Assembly (NCBI GenBank): GCA_963924875.1
Contig: CAWUSX010000022.1
Location: 124,129 to 188,128 of the forward strand
DNA length: 64,000 bases
Direction: 5' to 3'
Origin: an uncultured Gammaproteobacteria bacterium
GTDB taxonomy: Bacteria > Pseudomonadota > Gammaproteobacteria > SZUA-229
The notes beneath the pieces were generated by a model. It was not told the origin of the DNA. It was given only the letters and a program-made list of their open reading frames with translations, and searched no databases. A program made the translations under genes and the position numbers. Below, piece after piece: positions 21,710 to 31,661 of the stretch (within the stretch, counting starts at the first letter, position 1; each line of letters starts with the position of its first letter).

Positions 21710-22360
21710 ATGAAATTTACTCAACTTATCAAGCCGCTATTTATCGTAATGCTTGCACTCGGCTTGGTTGCTGGTTGTGCAACTGATGGCGGTACAAGTG
21801 ATTCATCAGGTTATACAGCAGAACAGGCAATTGCGAATGCAAAATCAGCAAATGCTCAAGCCAAGAAAATGGGCGCTGAATGGCGTGACACAGGCAAGAT
21901 AATTAAGAGCGCAGAAGATGCACTGGCTGCCGGTGATGAAGAAAAAGCGAAGACATTAGCTGGTAAAGCACAGCGTCAAGCTGAAATTGCAATGGAACAA
22001 GCGAAGAGTGAAAATGCACGCTTACTTGCAAGTGGTGCTATTACGGGTTCTTCAGACATGTCTGGTGAAGCTGGTGTGATGGCTGGTGATGATTCGTATC
22101 AGGTAGTGACGGGTGATAACCTGTGGAATATTTCTGGTAAAGAAGCGGTTTACGCAAACCCATATCAATGGCCGCTTATCTATAAAACAAACCGTGACAA
22201 AATCAAAGATGCTGACCTGATTTATGCAGGCCAGGTATTTGAAATTGACCGCAACGCATCTAGCTCTGATGTTGATGCAGCTGTTGAACATGCAAAAACA
22301 CGTGGTGCATGGTCGGTTGGTGCAGTTGAAGCATCAGATGAAGCATATCTGGCTCAATAA
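21710..22360 (+). CDS. LysM-domain lipoprotein
   Basis: Lipobox LVAGC. C-terminal LysM domain (YQVVTGDNLWNISGK...DLIYAGQVFEI). Confidence 0.75.
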   Translation: MKFTQLIKPLFIVMLALGLVAGCATDGGTSDSSGYTAEQAIANAKSANAQAKKMGAEWRDTGKIIKSAEDALAAGDEEKAKTLAGKAQRQAEIAMEQAKSENARLLASGAITGSSDMSGEAGVMAGDDSYQVVTGDNLWNISGKEAVYANPYQWPLIYKTNRDKIKDADLIYAGQVFEIDRNASSSDVDAAVEHAKTRGAWSVGAVEASDEAYLAQ

Positions 22361-22386
22361 CCGAGGTCTAAATTTAGACTGTGAAA

Positions 22387-22417
22387 TAGGGCTCGCATTA
22401 GCGAGCCCTATTTTTTT
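22387..22417 (+). terminator. rho-independent terminator
   Basis: Perfect 10-bp stem TAGGGCTCGC/GCGAGCCCTA with loop ATTA and a T7 run. Confidence 0.8.
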
Positions 22418-22576
22418 GCGCGTAATATATGCTATTAATAGGAGCTAACTGGGTTTTTGACAATCAACAGGTAGTGAGCTTTCTTTAAGGTGGAAATGTC
22501 TGACGAAATATTTCGTAAGTGCGTGATCAAGGTTATACTGCCAGTATGCTCAATGTAGAAGAGGACGCCGAGTAAG

Positions 22577-23101
22577 ATGCCTAAACGATTGAATACATCC
22601 CTGTTTGTACTATTACTGTTATTTATTCATCTTTCAGCGAATGCTGCTGAGTTGGAATTTTTTGATCAGAGCTTTGGTGATTTTTCCGAAGAATTGTCAT
22701 TAGCAAAAGAAGAAGGTAAGTCGGGTATTTTTATCTTTTTCGAAATGGATGAATGCCCATTTTGTCATCGTATGAAAACAACCATTTTGAATCAACCGGA
22801 TGTCGTAGCCTTTTATAAAAAACACTTCAAAATATTTCAGGTAGATATTGAAGGGGATGTTGAAATGACAGATTTTGATGGCACGGTCACCACGCAGAAA
22901 GAATTCGCAGAAAAAAAACACCGAGTGAGAGCGACACCAGTATTGGCATTTTTTGATTTAACTGGTAAACGAGTAATGCGTTATACCGGCGCGACATCGT
23001 CAAAAACCGAGTTTATGCTATTAGGTGAATATGTGTTGAATCAAGATTATAAAACTACCAGTTTCACTCGTTATAAAAGGCAGCAGCGTAAGACACAATG
23101 A
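22577..23101 (+). CDS. periplasmic thioredoxin-fold protein (CPFC active-site motif)
   Basis: Signal peptide ...HLSANA/AE and ECPFCHRM (CxxC). First gene of the four-gene cassette. Overlaps the next gene by 4 nt. Confidence 0.6.
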   Translation: MPKRLNTSLFVLLLLFIHLSANAAELEFFDQSFGDFSEELSLAKEEGKSGIFIFFEMDECPFCHRMKTTILNQPDVVAFYKKHFKIFQVDIEGDVEMTDFDGTVTTQKEFAEKKHRVRATPVLAFFDLTGKRVMRYTGATSSKTEFMLLGEYVLNQDYKTTSFTRYKRQQRKTQ

Positions 23102-24381
23102 TGCGTTTAATTATTGTCTTTCTTGGCTCGCAACTATCTGTTGCAGCTGCTGATTCTACACAGGTATTATCCGACCCATTAAGCTTGCAGCAAGTTATGC
23201 AAATGGCGGAGCAGCCTGATTATTTCACACTTATTGATGCACAATCGAAAATAGCACAATCTCAGTCGGCGTTAGAACTAGCAGAATCATCATTAGGCTT
23301 TAGCGCACAACTTGAATTGCAGGCGGCATATGTAGAGCCCCCTAGTATTGCATATGATCAATCGAACAATGATAGCACAGCAACTTTATACCTGATTAAA
23401 CCACTCTATGATTTTGGTGGCAGCGGTAAAAAAGTACAGGCAGCTAGTATTGAGCAACAGGCATGGCAAGCTAATATGTCATATGTTGTAGCGAATAGAA
23501 AAATAGAAATAGCCAAATATTTTTTTGAAGTCATCTTGTCTGATTTAAAATATGCATGGGATAACGAATCATTGGCGATTGCATATGTTCAACATGATAC
23601 GGTGAAAGATAGGCATGCGCTTTTGCAAATCTCAGATTTAGAGTTATTAGAATCAGAAAACCGATATATGGATGCTCTACACGCGCGCAGTTTAAGTGAA
23701 ATAGAGCAGCGTCATAGTCGCGCAACTTTAGCGGAAGTTTTAAATAGACCTACTCAGTTGCCTTCGAATTTAGTGCTGCCTGAATTCGATTTTTTACAAA
23801 CAGAGCTCCCAGACTACGCATTACTAATGGATAAAGTTCTTTTGTCGAACCCACAAATTTATCTCGCTGAACAACAATATGCAGCAGCCGAACAAAGGCT
23901 GGAGGCAGAAAATAAGCAGATGAGCCCTTTATTAAGTGCGGAACTCACAATATCTGAATACGCGCGAACTACATCCAGTGATGATATGCGTGCGTCTTTA
24001 AATTTAACAATGCCTTTGTATGAAAGTAGCAGCATAAAATCGCGTATATCCGGGGCACGTGCTAATTTATTGAGTCAGCGTGCCAAGCTATTAAGTACAA
24101 AGTCACAAATAAGAAAGCAGACACTAAATTTGTGGCAGACGGTGGTATTGCTGCAGACGCGGCAGCAGCAGTTGCAATCTAAGCAGGATTTGCGAGAGCT
24201 TGAATTGGATAAGAGTCGGGCACTCTATGAAATGGAAGTAAAAACCGATTTGGGAAATTCAATGGTTGCGATTTCTGAAATACGTTACTTACGCGCAAAA
24301 AATGAATATGAACTGGCACTGGCCTGGATGCAGTTACGCCTGCTTGCGGGCGAGAAAGATATCATAAATGCTACTTTATAA
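23098..24381 (+). CDS. TolC-family outer membrane factor
   Basis: 427 aa with a signal peptide but no lipobox. Two-repeat OEP-like coiled-coil/beta pattern. Confidence 0.75.
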   Translation: MMRLIIVFLGSQLSVAAADSTQVLSDPLSLQQVMQMAEQPDYFTLIDAQSKIAQSQSALELAESSLGFSAQLELQAAYVEPPSIAYDQSNNDSTATLYLIKPLYDFGGSGKKVQAASIEQQAWQANMSYVVANRKIEIAKYFFEVILSDLKYAWDNESLAIAYVQHDTVKDRHALLQISDLELLESENRYMDALHARSLSEIEQRHSRATLAEVLNRPTQLPSNLVLPEFDFLQTELPDYALLMDKVLLSNPQIYLAEQQYAAAEQRLEAENKQMSPLLSAELTISEYARTTSSDDMRASLNLTMPLYESSSIKSRISGARANLLSQRAKLLSTKSQIRKQTLNLWQTVVLLQTRQQQLQSKQDLRELELDKSRALYEMEVKTDLGNSMVAISEIRYLRAKNEYELALAWMQLRLLAGEKDIINATL

Positions 24382-24395
24382 ATGGTTTATTAATA

Positions 24396-25154
24396 ATGGA
24401 ACTGGCGATGAAACAAAATAGTAATTTACTTTTGTTATTAATATTTTTTAGCTCACTATCAATGGCGGAGGATATTAAAGCGAATCTATCCTGGGCTGAT
24501 ATACAAAAAATTGGTTTTCCGGTGACAGGTGTCGTTGAATCAGTTGCGGCCAAAGTGGGCTCGAAAGTAAACAAGGGTGACGTGTTAGCGAAGCTAGATA
24601 CTGCACCATTTAGTTATCGTGTTCAGTCTTGCAAGGCAGCAATAGAAAAATTACAGCCGCTTGTTTTTGATGCAAAAACAGAGCTCGACCAGGCGAAAGA
24701 ACTATTTGAGCGCACTGTATTATCAGAGGTCGAATTATCTAAAATCGATGGTGTTTATAAGTCACTTAAAGCCGAAGAATCAATGTTAAATGCGGAATGC
24801 AAGTTAAAGCAGTGGCAGGCTGATAGAGCGGTATTGAAAACGCAAAATTCTAGCTATGTACAGGCATCTAATATTTACCCGGGTATGGTTATTTCGGCTG
24901 AAAATAAATCGACTGCTATTATACAGTTGGTATCAGCTACCAGGGCATCAGCAGTGTCATATGTTAGCGCCAGTCAGTTACAGCAATATAAAGTTGGTGA
25001 CCAGTTAAAAGTGATCATTGACGGGCAGGAAATAACGGCAGAGGTGCAATCGATTTCTCTACAGGAAAACACCACTAGCCAGTATCGACTTGAGGCGGTT
25101 TTTTATTATGCACAGATGGTTGAGCCAGGTAAGGCTGTAAGCTTAAGATTTTAG
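24396..25154 (+). CDS. short periplasmic adaptor (HlyD/RND membrane-fusion-protein family, lacks membrane-proximal domain)
   Basis: 252 aa with a signal or anchor sequence. Lipoyl-like hairpin KVGSKVNKGDVLAKLDT...(coiled coil)...beta-barrel segment. Confidence 0.65.
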   Translation: MELAMKQNSNLLLLLIFFSSLSMAEDIKANLSWADIQKIGFPVTGVVESVAAKVGSKVNKGDVLAKLDTAPFSYRVQSCKAAIEKLQPLVFDAKTELDQAKELFERTVLSEVELSKIDGVYKSLKAEESMLNAECKLKQWQADRAVLKTQNSSYVQASNIYPGMVISAENKSTAIIQLVSATRASAVSYVSASQLQQYKVGDQLKVIIDGQEITAEVQSISLQENTTSQYRLEAVFYYAQMVEPGKAVSLRF

Positions 25155-25195
25155 TGCGCGATTAATACAATTAAATTCCAATTGGCAGACATACA

Positions 25196-26977
25196 ATGAA
25201 TGCAGTCATGAAGCAAAACGATAAAGTATTAGATATACAATCCGTCATTAACTGGCTTGAAGAAGATGCCATGGTGACTGCTGAAAATGCAAAAATGTTA
25301 CGCACTCTGGCTGTGTCACCGCAGTATCATGAAAAAAATGCACTGATAGTAATCGCCGAACGCCAATGGATAGATCAGCGTGACGGACGAAGTGTACTTG
25401 ATCTGGAGTCACTTACAGTTTGGCTTGCAGATAGAGCTAAACTGCCTTATTGCAGGATTGATCCATTAAAAATTGATGTTTCGAAAGTTACATCGGTGAT
25501 GTCTTATGCGTATGCATCGCGATTTAATATTTTACCCATATCCATTGACGACCAGTTTATTACAGTGGCAACTGCAGAACCTTTTGTCAAAGAATGGGAG
25601 CAGGAACTCTCACGTATTAATCAAAAGTCTTTCAAGCGTGTTGTTGCTAATCCGGATGAGATTTCTCGTTATCTGTTAGAGTTTTACACGGTTTCTAAAT
25701 CCGTTAATCGAGCGGAATCTGAGTCACAAAAAAATGCGGCAGAGATAGGTAACCTTGAAGGTTTAATGGAATTGGGCCGTGCAGGTAAACTTGATGCCAA
25801 TGATCAGCACGTTATTAATATTGTGGATTGGTTATTACAATATGCCTTTGAACAACGTGCCAGTGATATCCATTTAGAACCGCGCCGAGATTTAGGTAAT
25901 GTGCGATTTCGTATTGATGGTGTAATGCATCAGGTGTATCAAGTGCCAAGCACAGTCATGGCGGCGATATCAAGCCGCATTAAAATATTGGGCCGAATGG
26001 ATGTTGCGGAAAAACGCCGCCCACAAGATGGCCGTTTAAAAACACGTACACCAGACGGTACAGAAATAGAGCTACGTTTGTCTACCATGCCAACCGCATT
26101 TGGTGAAAAATTGGTAATGCGTATTTTTGATCCGGAAGTGCTGGTTAAAAACTTTAAAGAGCTGGGTTTTAGTCAGTCGGATGATGAACACTGGCAATCG
26201 ATGATCAGCCGGCCCAATGGTATTATTCTGGTTACTGGGCCAACCGGTTCAGGTAAAACCACAACGCTGTATACCAGTTTAAAACAGTTGGCAAAACCAG
26301 AAGTAAATGTGTGTACGGTTGAAGACCCGATTGAATTAGTGGAACCTGCATTTAATCAAATGCAGGTACAGCATAATATTGGCTTAGATTTTTCCGCGGG
26401 TGTTAAAACCTTATTAAGACAAGATCCAGACATAATAATGATTGGTGAAATCCGCGATAAAGAAACGGCAGATATTGCAATTCAAGCGGCACTAACCGGA
26501 CACCTGGTGGTGACAACATTACATACAAATGATGCGCCTTCGGCAATTACACGCCTAATGGAAATTGGTGTGCCTGCGTATTTAATACAATCTACCGTGT
26601 TGGGTGTGTTGGCTCAGCGTTTAATAAGAACCCTGTGCCCGCATTGTAAAGTGGCAACTGAGGTAGATGAGGCAACGTGGAAGGCGTTGGTTAAACCCTG
26701 GAGTGCCACCAAGCCAAAACAAATATTCAAACCTGTTGGTTGCCTGGAGTGTCGTAATACGGGCTTTATGGGGCGTATGGGTATTTACGAAATGTTTACA
26801 TTTAGTAACCCGGTGAAAGAGCAGATAACCGAAAATATGAATATGTCAGCGTTGAAAAAAGTCGCGTTAAAAGAAGGTATGAAACCTTTGCGTTTAAGTG
26901 GTGCGCAAAAAGTGGCTGCTGGTTTAACTACAATAGAAGAAGTATTGCGTGTTGCGCCACCCGTTGATGGGTTTTAG
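25196..26977 (+). CDS. GspE/PilB-family secretion ATPase (cytoplasmic)
   Basis: Walker A GPTGSGKTT, Asp box, Walker B DPDIIMIGEIRD, His box TLHTNDA and the tetracysteine CPHC...CLEC. N-terminal GSPII_E_N-like domain (...ASRFNILPISIDDQFITVATAEPF). No TM segments. Confidence 0.85.
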   Translation: MNAVMKQNDKVLDIQSVINWLEEDAMVTAENAKMLRTLAVSPQYHEKNALIVIAERQWIDQRDGRSVLDLESLTVWLADRAKLPYCRIDPLKIDVSKVTSVMSYAYASRFNILPISIDDQFITVATAEPFVKEWEQELSRINQKSFKRVVANPDEISRYLLEFYTVSKSVNRAESESQKNAAEIGNLEGLMELGRAGKLDANDQHVINIVDWLLQYAFEQRASDIHLEPRRDLGNVRFRIDGVMHQVYQVPSTVMAAISSRIKILGRMDVAEKRRPQDGRLKTRTPDGTEIELRLSTMPTAFGEKLVMRIFDPEVLVKNFKELGFSQSDDEHWQSMISRPNGIILVTGPTGSGKTTTLYTSLKQLAKPEVNVCTVEDPIELVEPAFNQMQVQHNIGLDFSAGVKTLLRQDPDIIMIGEIRDKETADIAIQAALTGHLVVTTLHTNDAPSAITRLMEIGVPAYLIQSTVLGVLAQRLIRTLCPHCKVATEVDEATWKALVKPWSATKPKQIFKPVGCLECRNTGFMGRMGIYEMFTFSNPVKEQITENMNMSALKKVALKEGMKPLRLSGAQKVAAGLTTIEEVLRVAPPVDGF

Positions 26978-27316
26978 AAATATTAAGTTGCATGGTTTTT
27001 TATAGCTCAAGTTGATGGTGGCTAATAATTTAAGAGGGCCTGAGCTTACGATAATCGATATATGGGTTTGAGGATATTCAGTGAGCTGATTGGAGTGATG
27101 TCAAAGTTAATCTTTTCGAGTAGGTATCGCACTATAAATATTCCCATGTTGATAGCAATACCGAAGCCAGTCGAAAGCGCATAGTTAATAATTCCGCGTC
27201 ATTATAAGGGTTTAGAGACCCTGTATTTTTCAGAGTTTATTTTCAATCAAATCATTTATACTTCCCCTGGTTACAGCTGCCCTCATAATGCAGGACAAAA
27301 TATTTTGGAATTTTAA

Positions 27317-28264
27317 ATGCATAGTCACACCTTAGAAAATTGGCAACATAGTCATGAATTCGCAGTTAAAAATAATAAGGGTGAACGTCGAACCCTCTAC
27401 GTTTTAATTCTGACGGCTATAACAATGATTGTGGAGATATTTGCAGGTAGTATCTACGGATCAATGGCCTTGCTTGCAGATGGCTGGCATATGGGAACGC
27501 ATGTCGCGGCCTTTATGATTACGATCTTTGCCTATCGTTATGCCCGTAACCATGCAAATAATCCGGCCTACTCTTTTGGTACCGGTAAAGTAAGTGTGCT
27601 GGGTGGTTTCGCTAGTGCTATAGCTTTAGCTGTAGTGGCTTTAGTTATGCTGGTTGAGTCAATGCAGCGAATTATAGACCCGCAAATTATTCAGTTTAAT
27701 GAAGCCATTGCCGTTGCTAGTCTCGGTTTGCTTATTAATATTATTAGCGCATTCCTTTTAAAAGATGACCACCATCATCACCATGAACATGAGCACAGCG
27801 ATAATCATCATCATGACCATAACTTACGCGCGGCTTATATGCATGTGCTGGCTGATGCGCTGACATCGCTGCTAGCTATCGTTGCATTAATATCAGGAAA
27901 ATATTTTGGCTGGAATTGGCTCGACCCAATAATGGGGATAGTTGGTGCAATTATTATTACCCGTTGGTCATATGGTCTACTCAAGCAAACAAGCCCAATT
28001 TTGCTAGATGGAAGTATTGGGGAAGGCTACCAATCAGCGATTAAAGAGACCATTGAAAAAGATTCTGATAATCGTATTTCTGACATTCATATATGGAAAG
28101 TAGGTGCAAATCATTATGCAGCGATAATTTCCATAGTGACGCACTACCCTAAATCGACCACTTACTACAAAGACTTGCTCAAGGAATTTCATAAACTATC
28201 TCACACTACTATTGAAGTGAATGCGTGTGAGGGCGATCCTTGTGTTGCACAAGGTGAGCACTAA
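27317..28264 (+). CDS. czcD: cation diffusion facilitator (CzcD/ZitB-type Zn/Co/Cd efflux)
   Basis: 6 TM helices and a His-rich loop HHHHHEHEHSDNHHHDHN. Preceded by a 339-bp non-coding leader. Confidence 0.85.
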   Translation: MHSHTLENWQHSHEFAVKNNKGERRTLYVLILTAITMIVEIFAGSIYGSMALLADGWHMGTHVAAFMITIFAYRYARNHANNPAYSFGTGKVSVLGGFASAIALAVVALVMLVESMQRIIDPQIIQFNEAIAVASLGLLINIISAFLLKDDHHHHHEHEHSDNHHHDHNLRAAYMHVLADALTSLLAIVALISGKYFGWNWLDPIMGIVGAIIITRWSYGLLKQTSPILLDGSIGEGYQSAIKETIEKDSDNRISDIHIWKVGANHYAAIISIVTHYPKSTTYYKDLLKEFHKLSHTTIEVNACEGDPCVAQGEH

Positions 28265-28328
28265 CACTTAAAAACAGGTGTTGCCAATATTGAATGCTGG
28301 CTATCAGACTGGAACCGGTAATTTTGCA

Positions 28329-29201
28329 TTAAGCTCGGTGCTTTTCAAGCTCAATCATCAACATCTTCGCTGCATTTGATAGTGTGCGCTGTTGGTGGCT
28401 TACTACGCCTAGTAGTCGTTCAAATTCCACACCCTCTATATCCATACGTGCAATATCACTTGATAGCATAGAGACCGGTAGCACACTCCAGCCGAGACCA
28501 ATGGATACCATCATTTTTATGGTCTCCAGATAATTGGTTTCCATTGCGATATTTAAATTCTGTTCATTTAGGCCTAATGCCTTTTCCAGTAGTAATCGGG
28601 TAAAGGTATTTTTAGCCGGCAAAATAGCCGGCAGTTTACGCAGCTTGTTCACGCTGAGTTTTGCTGTGTGAACATTGGGGTGTTGTGAGCTAATGACGAT
28701 GTCGAGTGGGTCATGCCAGATGGTTTGATGTTGCAGGTGTTTCCATTCATGATCAGGCAGGGTAGCAATGGCCAGTTCGACTTCACCTTTTAATACCGAT
28801 TGACAGGCCTCTTCTGAATCCATAAAGCGGATATCTATATCCACAGCAGGGTAATCTGTAGTGAAGGCGCGTAGTACTGGAGGTAATCGATGTAATCCAA
28901 TGTGGTGACTGGTGGCTATTTTCAGGTGCCCGCTTACTTTCTCATTTAAGTTACCAATGGCGCGCTTGCTATCATCTAGTTCAGCTAAAATACGTTGTGC
29001 ACTGGGTAATAGTGCGTGGCCCGCTTCGGTGAGCAGGACTTTTTTACCAATGCGATCAAACAGATGTGTGTTGAGCTCGGATTCTAGTGAAGAGATGCGT
29101 TTACTAACGGCGGGTTGTGTAATAAACAAGCGCTCGGCGGCTCTGGAAAATGAACCAGTATCACTAACTGCGATAAAGGCAGATAAATTTTGAATATCCA
29201 C
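28329..29201 (-). CDS. LysR-family transcriptional regulator, divergent from leuC
   Basis: N-terminal HTH FSRAAERLFITQPAVSKRI and a LysR substrate-binding domain. Confidence 0.85.
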   Translation of the reverse strand: MDIQNLSAFIAVSDTGSFSRAAERLFITQPAVSKRISSLESELNTHLFDRIGKKVLLTEAGHALLPSAQRILAELDDSKRAIGNLNEKVSGHLKIATSHHIGLHRLPPVLRAFTTDYPAVDIDIRFMDSEEACQSVLKGEVELAIATLPDHEWKHLQHQTIWHDPLDIVISSQHPNVHTAKLSVNKLRKLPAILPAKNTFTRLLLEKALGLNEQNLNIAMETNYLETIKMMVSIGLGWSVLPVSMLSSDIARMDIEGVEFERLLGVVSHQQRTLSNAAKMLMIELEKHRA

Positions 29202-29356
29202 GGTCTGTAAGCCTTATATGATCATCTATTCCTATATGGAATAGCTTATATGAAAAAGATGAATTTGTTTTATGTTTTATGTGCGCATAGAATGCAAAGC
29301 CTGAAAGAATAAGCCCTGAAGCGGATAAATAGCGCTTCATAGCAGGAGTTAAGAGA

Positions 29357-30766
29357 ATGGCCGGTAAAACCTTATACGATAAATTATTTGATTCTCATAT
29401 TGTGCGTAGCGAAGACGATGGCACAGCATTGCTTTATATCGACCGCCATTTAGTGCATGAAGTGACTTCACCTCAGGCGTTTGAAGGTTTGCGTCTGGCA
29501 AATCGCAAACTCTGGCGAGCAAACGCGGCATTGGCCGTGCCCGATCATAATGTGCCAACGGTTGCAATAGAGCGGGCCAAGGGCATTGCTGATCCGGTTT
29601 CGCGTATACAGGTCGAAACACTGGACAAGAACACCAAAGAATTTGGCATTACGCAGTTTGCTATGAATGATATTCGTCAGGGTATTGTGCACGTGATTGG
29701 GCCTGAGCAGGGCGCTACCTTGCCGGGTATGACACTGGTGTGTGGTGATTCTCATACGGCCACGCATGGTGCGTTTGGTTCTATGGCATTTGGTATTGGT
29801 ACGTCCGAAGTTGAACATGTATTGGCTACTCAATGTTTGCTACAAAAACGCATGAAGAACATGCGCGTCAATGTAGATGGAAAATTGGGCGCAGGCGTAA
29901 CGGCAAAAGATATTGTATTGGCGGTAATCGGTGAAATCGGTACAGCGGGTGGCACAGGCTACGCAATGGAGTTTGCCGGTTCAGCAATTCGTGAATTATC
30001 GATGGAGGGCCGTATGACCATTTGTAATATGGCGATTGAAGCGGGTGCACGTGTTGGCATGGTGGCGGTTGACCAAACCACGATTGATTATGTTGAAGGC
30101 CGACCTTACACACCAAAAGGTGATCAGTGGGATATGGCCGTCGCTGCATGGTTTGATTTACACAGCGATGATGATGCCTTTTTTGAACATGAAATCTCAC
30201 TTAAAGCAGAAGACATCAAACCGCAGGTTACCTGGGGAACGTCGCCAGAAATGGTGGTGTCTGTGGACGCTGAAGTGCCGAATCCAGCGGCAGAGTCTGA
30301 TGCTGTAAAGGCCGATGGTATGCAAAAGGCCTTGAACTATATGGGCCTAACGGCAGGCACTCCGATGGATGAAATTTCAATCGATAAAGTGTTTATTGGC
30401 TCGTGTACTAATTCACGGCTTGAAGATTTGCAGGAAGCCGCCGATGTTATTAAGGGGCGTAAAGTAGCCAGTAACGTAAAGTTAGCGATGATTGTCCCTG
30501 GCTCGGGTTTGATTAAGCAGCAGGCTGAAAAGCAGGGGCTGGATAAAATATTTTTAGATGCAGGCTTTGAGTGGCGTGAGCCGGGTTGCTCCATGTGCCT
30601 GGCGATGAATGCAGATCGTCTGGAGCCAGAAGAGCGTTGTGCCTCTACTTCAAATCGAAACTTTGAAGGACGTCAGGGTTCAGGTGGACGTACGCACCTG
30701 GTGAGTCCGGGCATGGCGGCTGCCGCCGCAATTGCAGGGCATTTTGTTGATGTAAGAAATTTTTAA
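29357..30766 (+). CDS. leuC: 3-isopropylmalate dehydratase large subunit
   Basis: 469 aa aconitase-family protein with Cys ligands (GSCTNS, CSMCL). Confidence 0.95.
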   Translation: MAGKTLYDKLFDSHIVRSEDDGTALLYIDRHLVHEVTSPQAFEGLRLANRKLWRANAALAVPDHNVPTVAIERAKGIADPVSRIQVETLDKNTKEFGITQFAMNDIRQGIVHVIGPEQGATLPGMTLVCGDSHTATHGAFGSMAFGIGTSEVEHVLATQCLLQKRMKNMRVNVDGKLGAGVTAKDIVLAVIGEIGTAGGTGYAMEFAGSAIRELSMEGRMTICNMAIEAGARVGMVAVDQTTIDYVEGRPYTPKGDQWDMAVAAWFDLHSDDDAFFEHEISLKAEDIKPQVTWGTSPEMVVSVDAEVPNPAAESDAVKADGMQKALNYMGLTAGTPMDEISIDKVFIGSCTNSRLEDLQEAADVIKGRKVASNVKLAMIVPGSGLIKQQAEKQGLDKIFLDAGFEWREPGCSMCLAMNADRLEPEERCASTSNRNFEGRQGSGGRTHLVSPGMAAAAAIAGHFVDVRNF

Positions 30767-30778
30767 GTGAGACCAGCC

Positions 30779-30913
30779 ATGAAAAAAATGTTGAGTGTTT
30801 TATTGATGGGTTTGATGTTTATAGGCTTGCTGGCAATTTCGGCCTGTAGCAACACGCTTGAAGGTGTTGGCAAAGACATCGAAAAAATGGGTAAAGAAAT
30901 TCAAGACCGTTAA
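30779..30913 (+). CDS. entericidin A/B-family small lipoprotein (44 aa)
   Basis: MKKMLSVLLMGLMFIGLLAISAC/SNTLEGVGKDIEKMGKEIQDR, with lipobox ISAC and the G-x-G-x-D-hydrophobic pattern of entericidins. Below the 60-aa cut-off of the ORF track. Sits between leuC and leuD. Confidence 0.55.
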   Translation: MKKMLSVLLMGLMFIGLLAISACSNTLEGVGKDIEKMGKEIQDR

Positions 30914-30966
30914 CGGCTGAATGAATAAGTTGAACGTCGTTAATTTTCTGAACAGGTGAAAAGACT

Positions 30967-31602
30967 ATGGAAAAATTTACAAAAGTGACGGGCATAGTTG
31001 CACCCATGGATCGACCGAATGTTGATACTGATGCAATTATTCCCAAGCAATATTTAAAATCAATTAAGCGTTCTGGTTTCGGCCCAAACGCATTTGATGA
31101 CTGGCGCTATCTTGATCCCGGTGCGCCGGATATTGATAACAATACGCGTCGAATTAATCCTGATTTTATTTTAAATCAGTCGCCATACGATAAGGCGAGT
31201 ATTTTAATCGCACGTGAAAATTTTGGTTGTGGCTCATCTCGAGAGCACGCCGTTTGGGCATTAGAAGATTTTGGCTTTTGTGCCGTTATTGCACCGAGCT
31301 TTGCAGATATATTTTTTAATAACAGCTTTAAAAATGGCATGTTACCCATTGTGCTGGATGCAGAGATAGTAGAAGATTTATTTAAAAAAATAGCCGCGAA
31401 AAAAGGCTATGAGCTAACGGTAGATTTACATACGCAAAAAGTCATTACTGAAGATGCCGATGAATACGCATTTGAAGTTGAAGCCTTTAGAAAGCATTGT
31501 TTGTTGAATGGCCTTGATGATATTGGCTTAACCTTGCAGCATGCTGCAGAAATTAAAACATACGAAGAAAAAATTAAACAAACAGCTCCCTGGTTGTTTT
31601 AA
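30967..31602 (+). CDS. leuD: 3-isopropylmalate dehydratase small subunit
   Basis: 211 aa, typical LeuD sequence. Confidence 0.95.
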   Translation: MEKFTKVTGIVAPMDRPNVDTDAIIPKQYLKSIKRSGFGPNAFDDWRYLDPGAPDIDNNTRRINPDFILNQSPYDKASILIARENFGCGSSREHAVWALEDFGFCAVIAPSFADIFFNNSFKNGMLPIVLDAEIVEDLFKKIAAKKGYELTVDLHTQKVITEDADEYAFEVEAFRKHCLLNGLDDIGLTLQHAAEIKTYEEKIKQTAPWLF

Positions 31603-31661
31603 TTTAAATTAATAAATTGGTGTAGAACCGCAGAGGTTCTGTGTCAAAAAGGTATTAAAAG

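Noticed and set aside
29202-29356. Possible leu leader peptide or attenuator between the LysR gene and leuC
   Set aside because: No run of Leu codons or terminator-antiterminator pair was evident. Only a weak GCAT-aga-ATGC dyad near 29284-29296 that could be a LysR-type T-N11-A box. Too weak to call.
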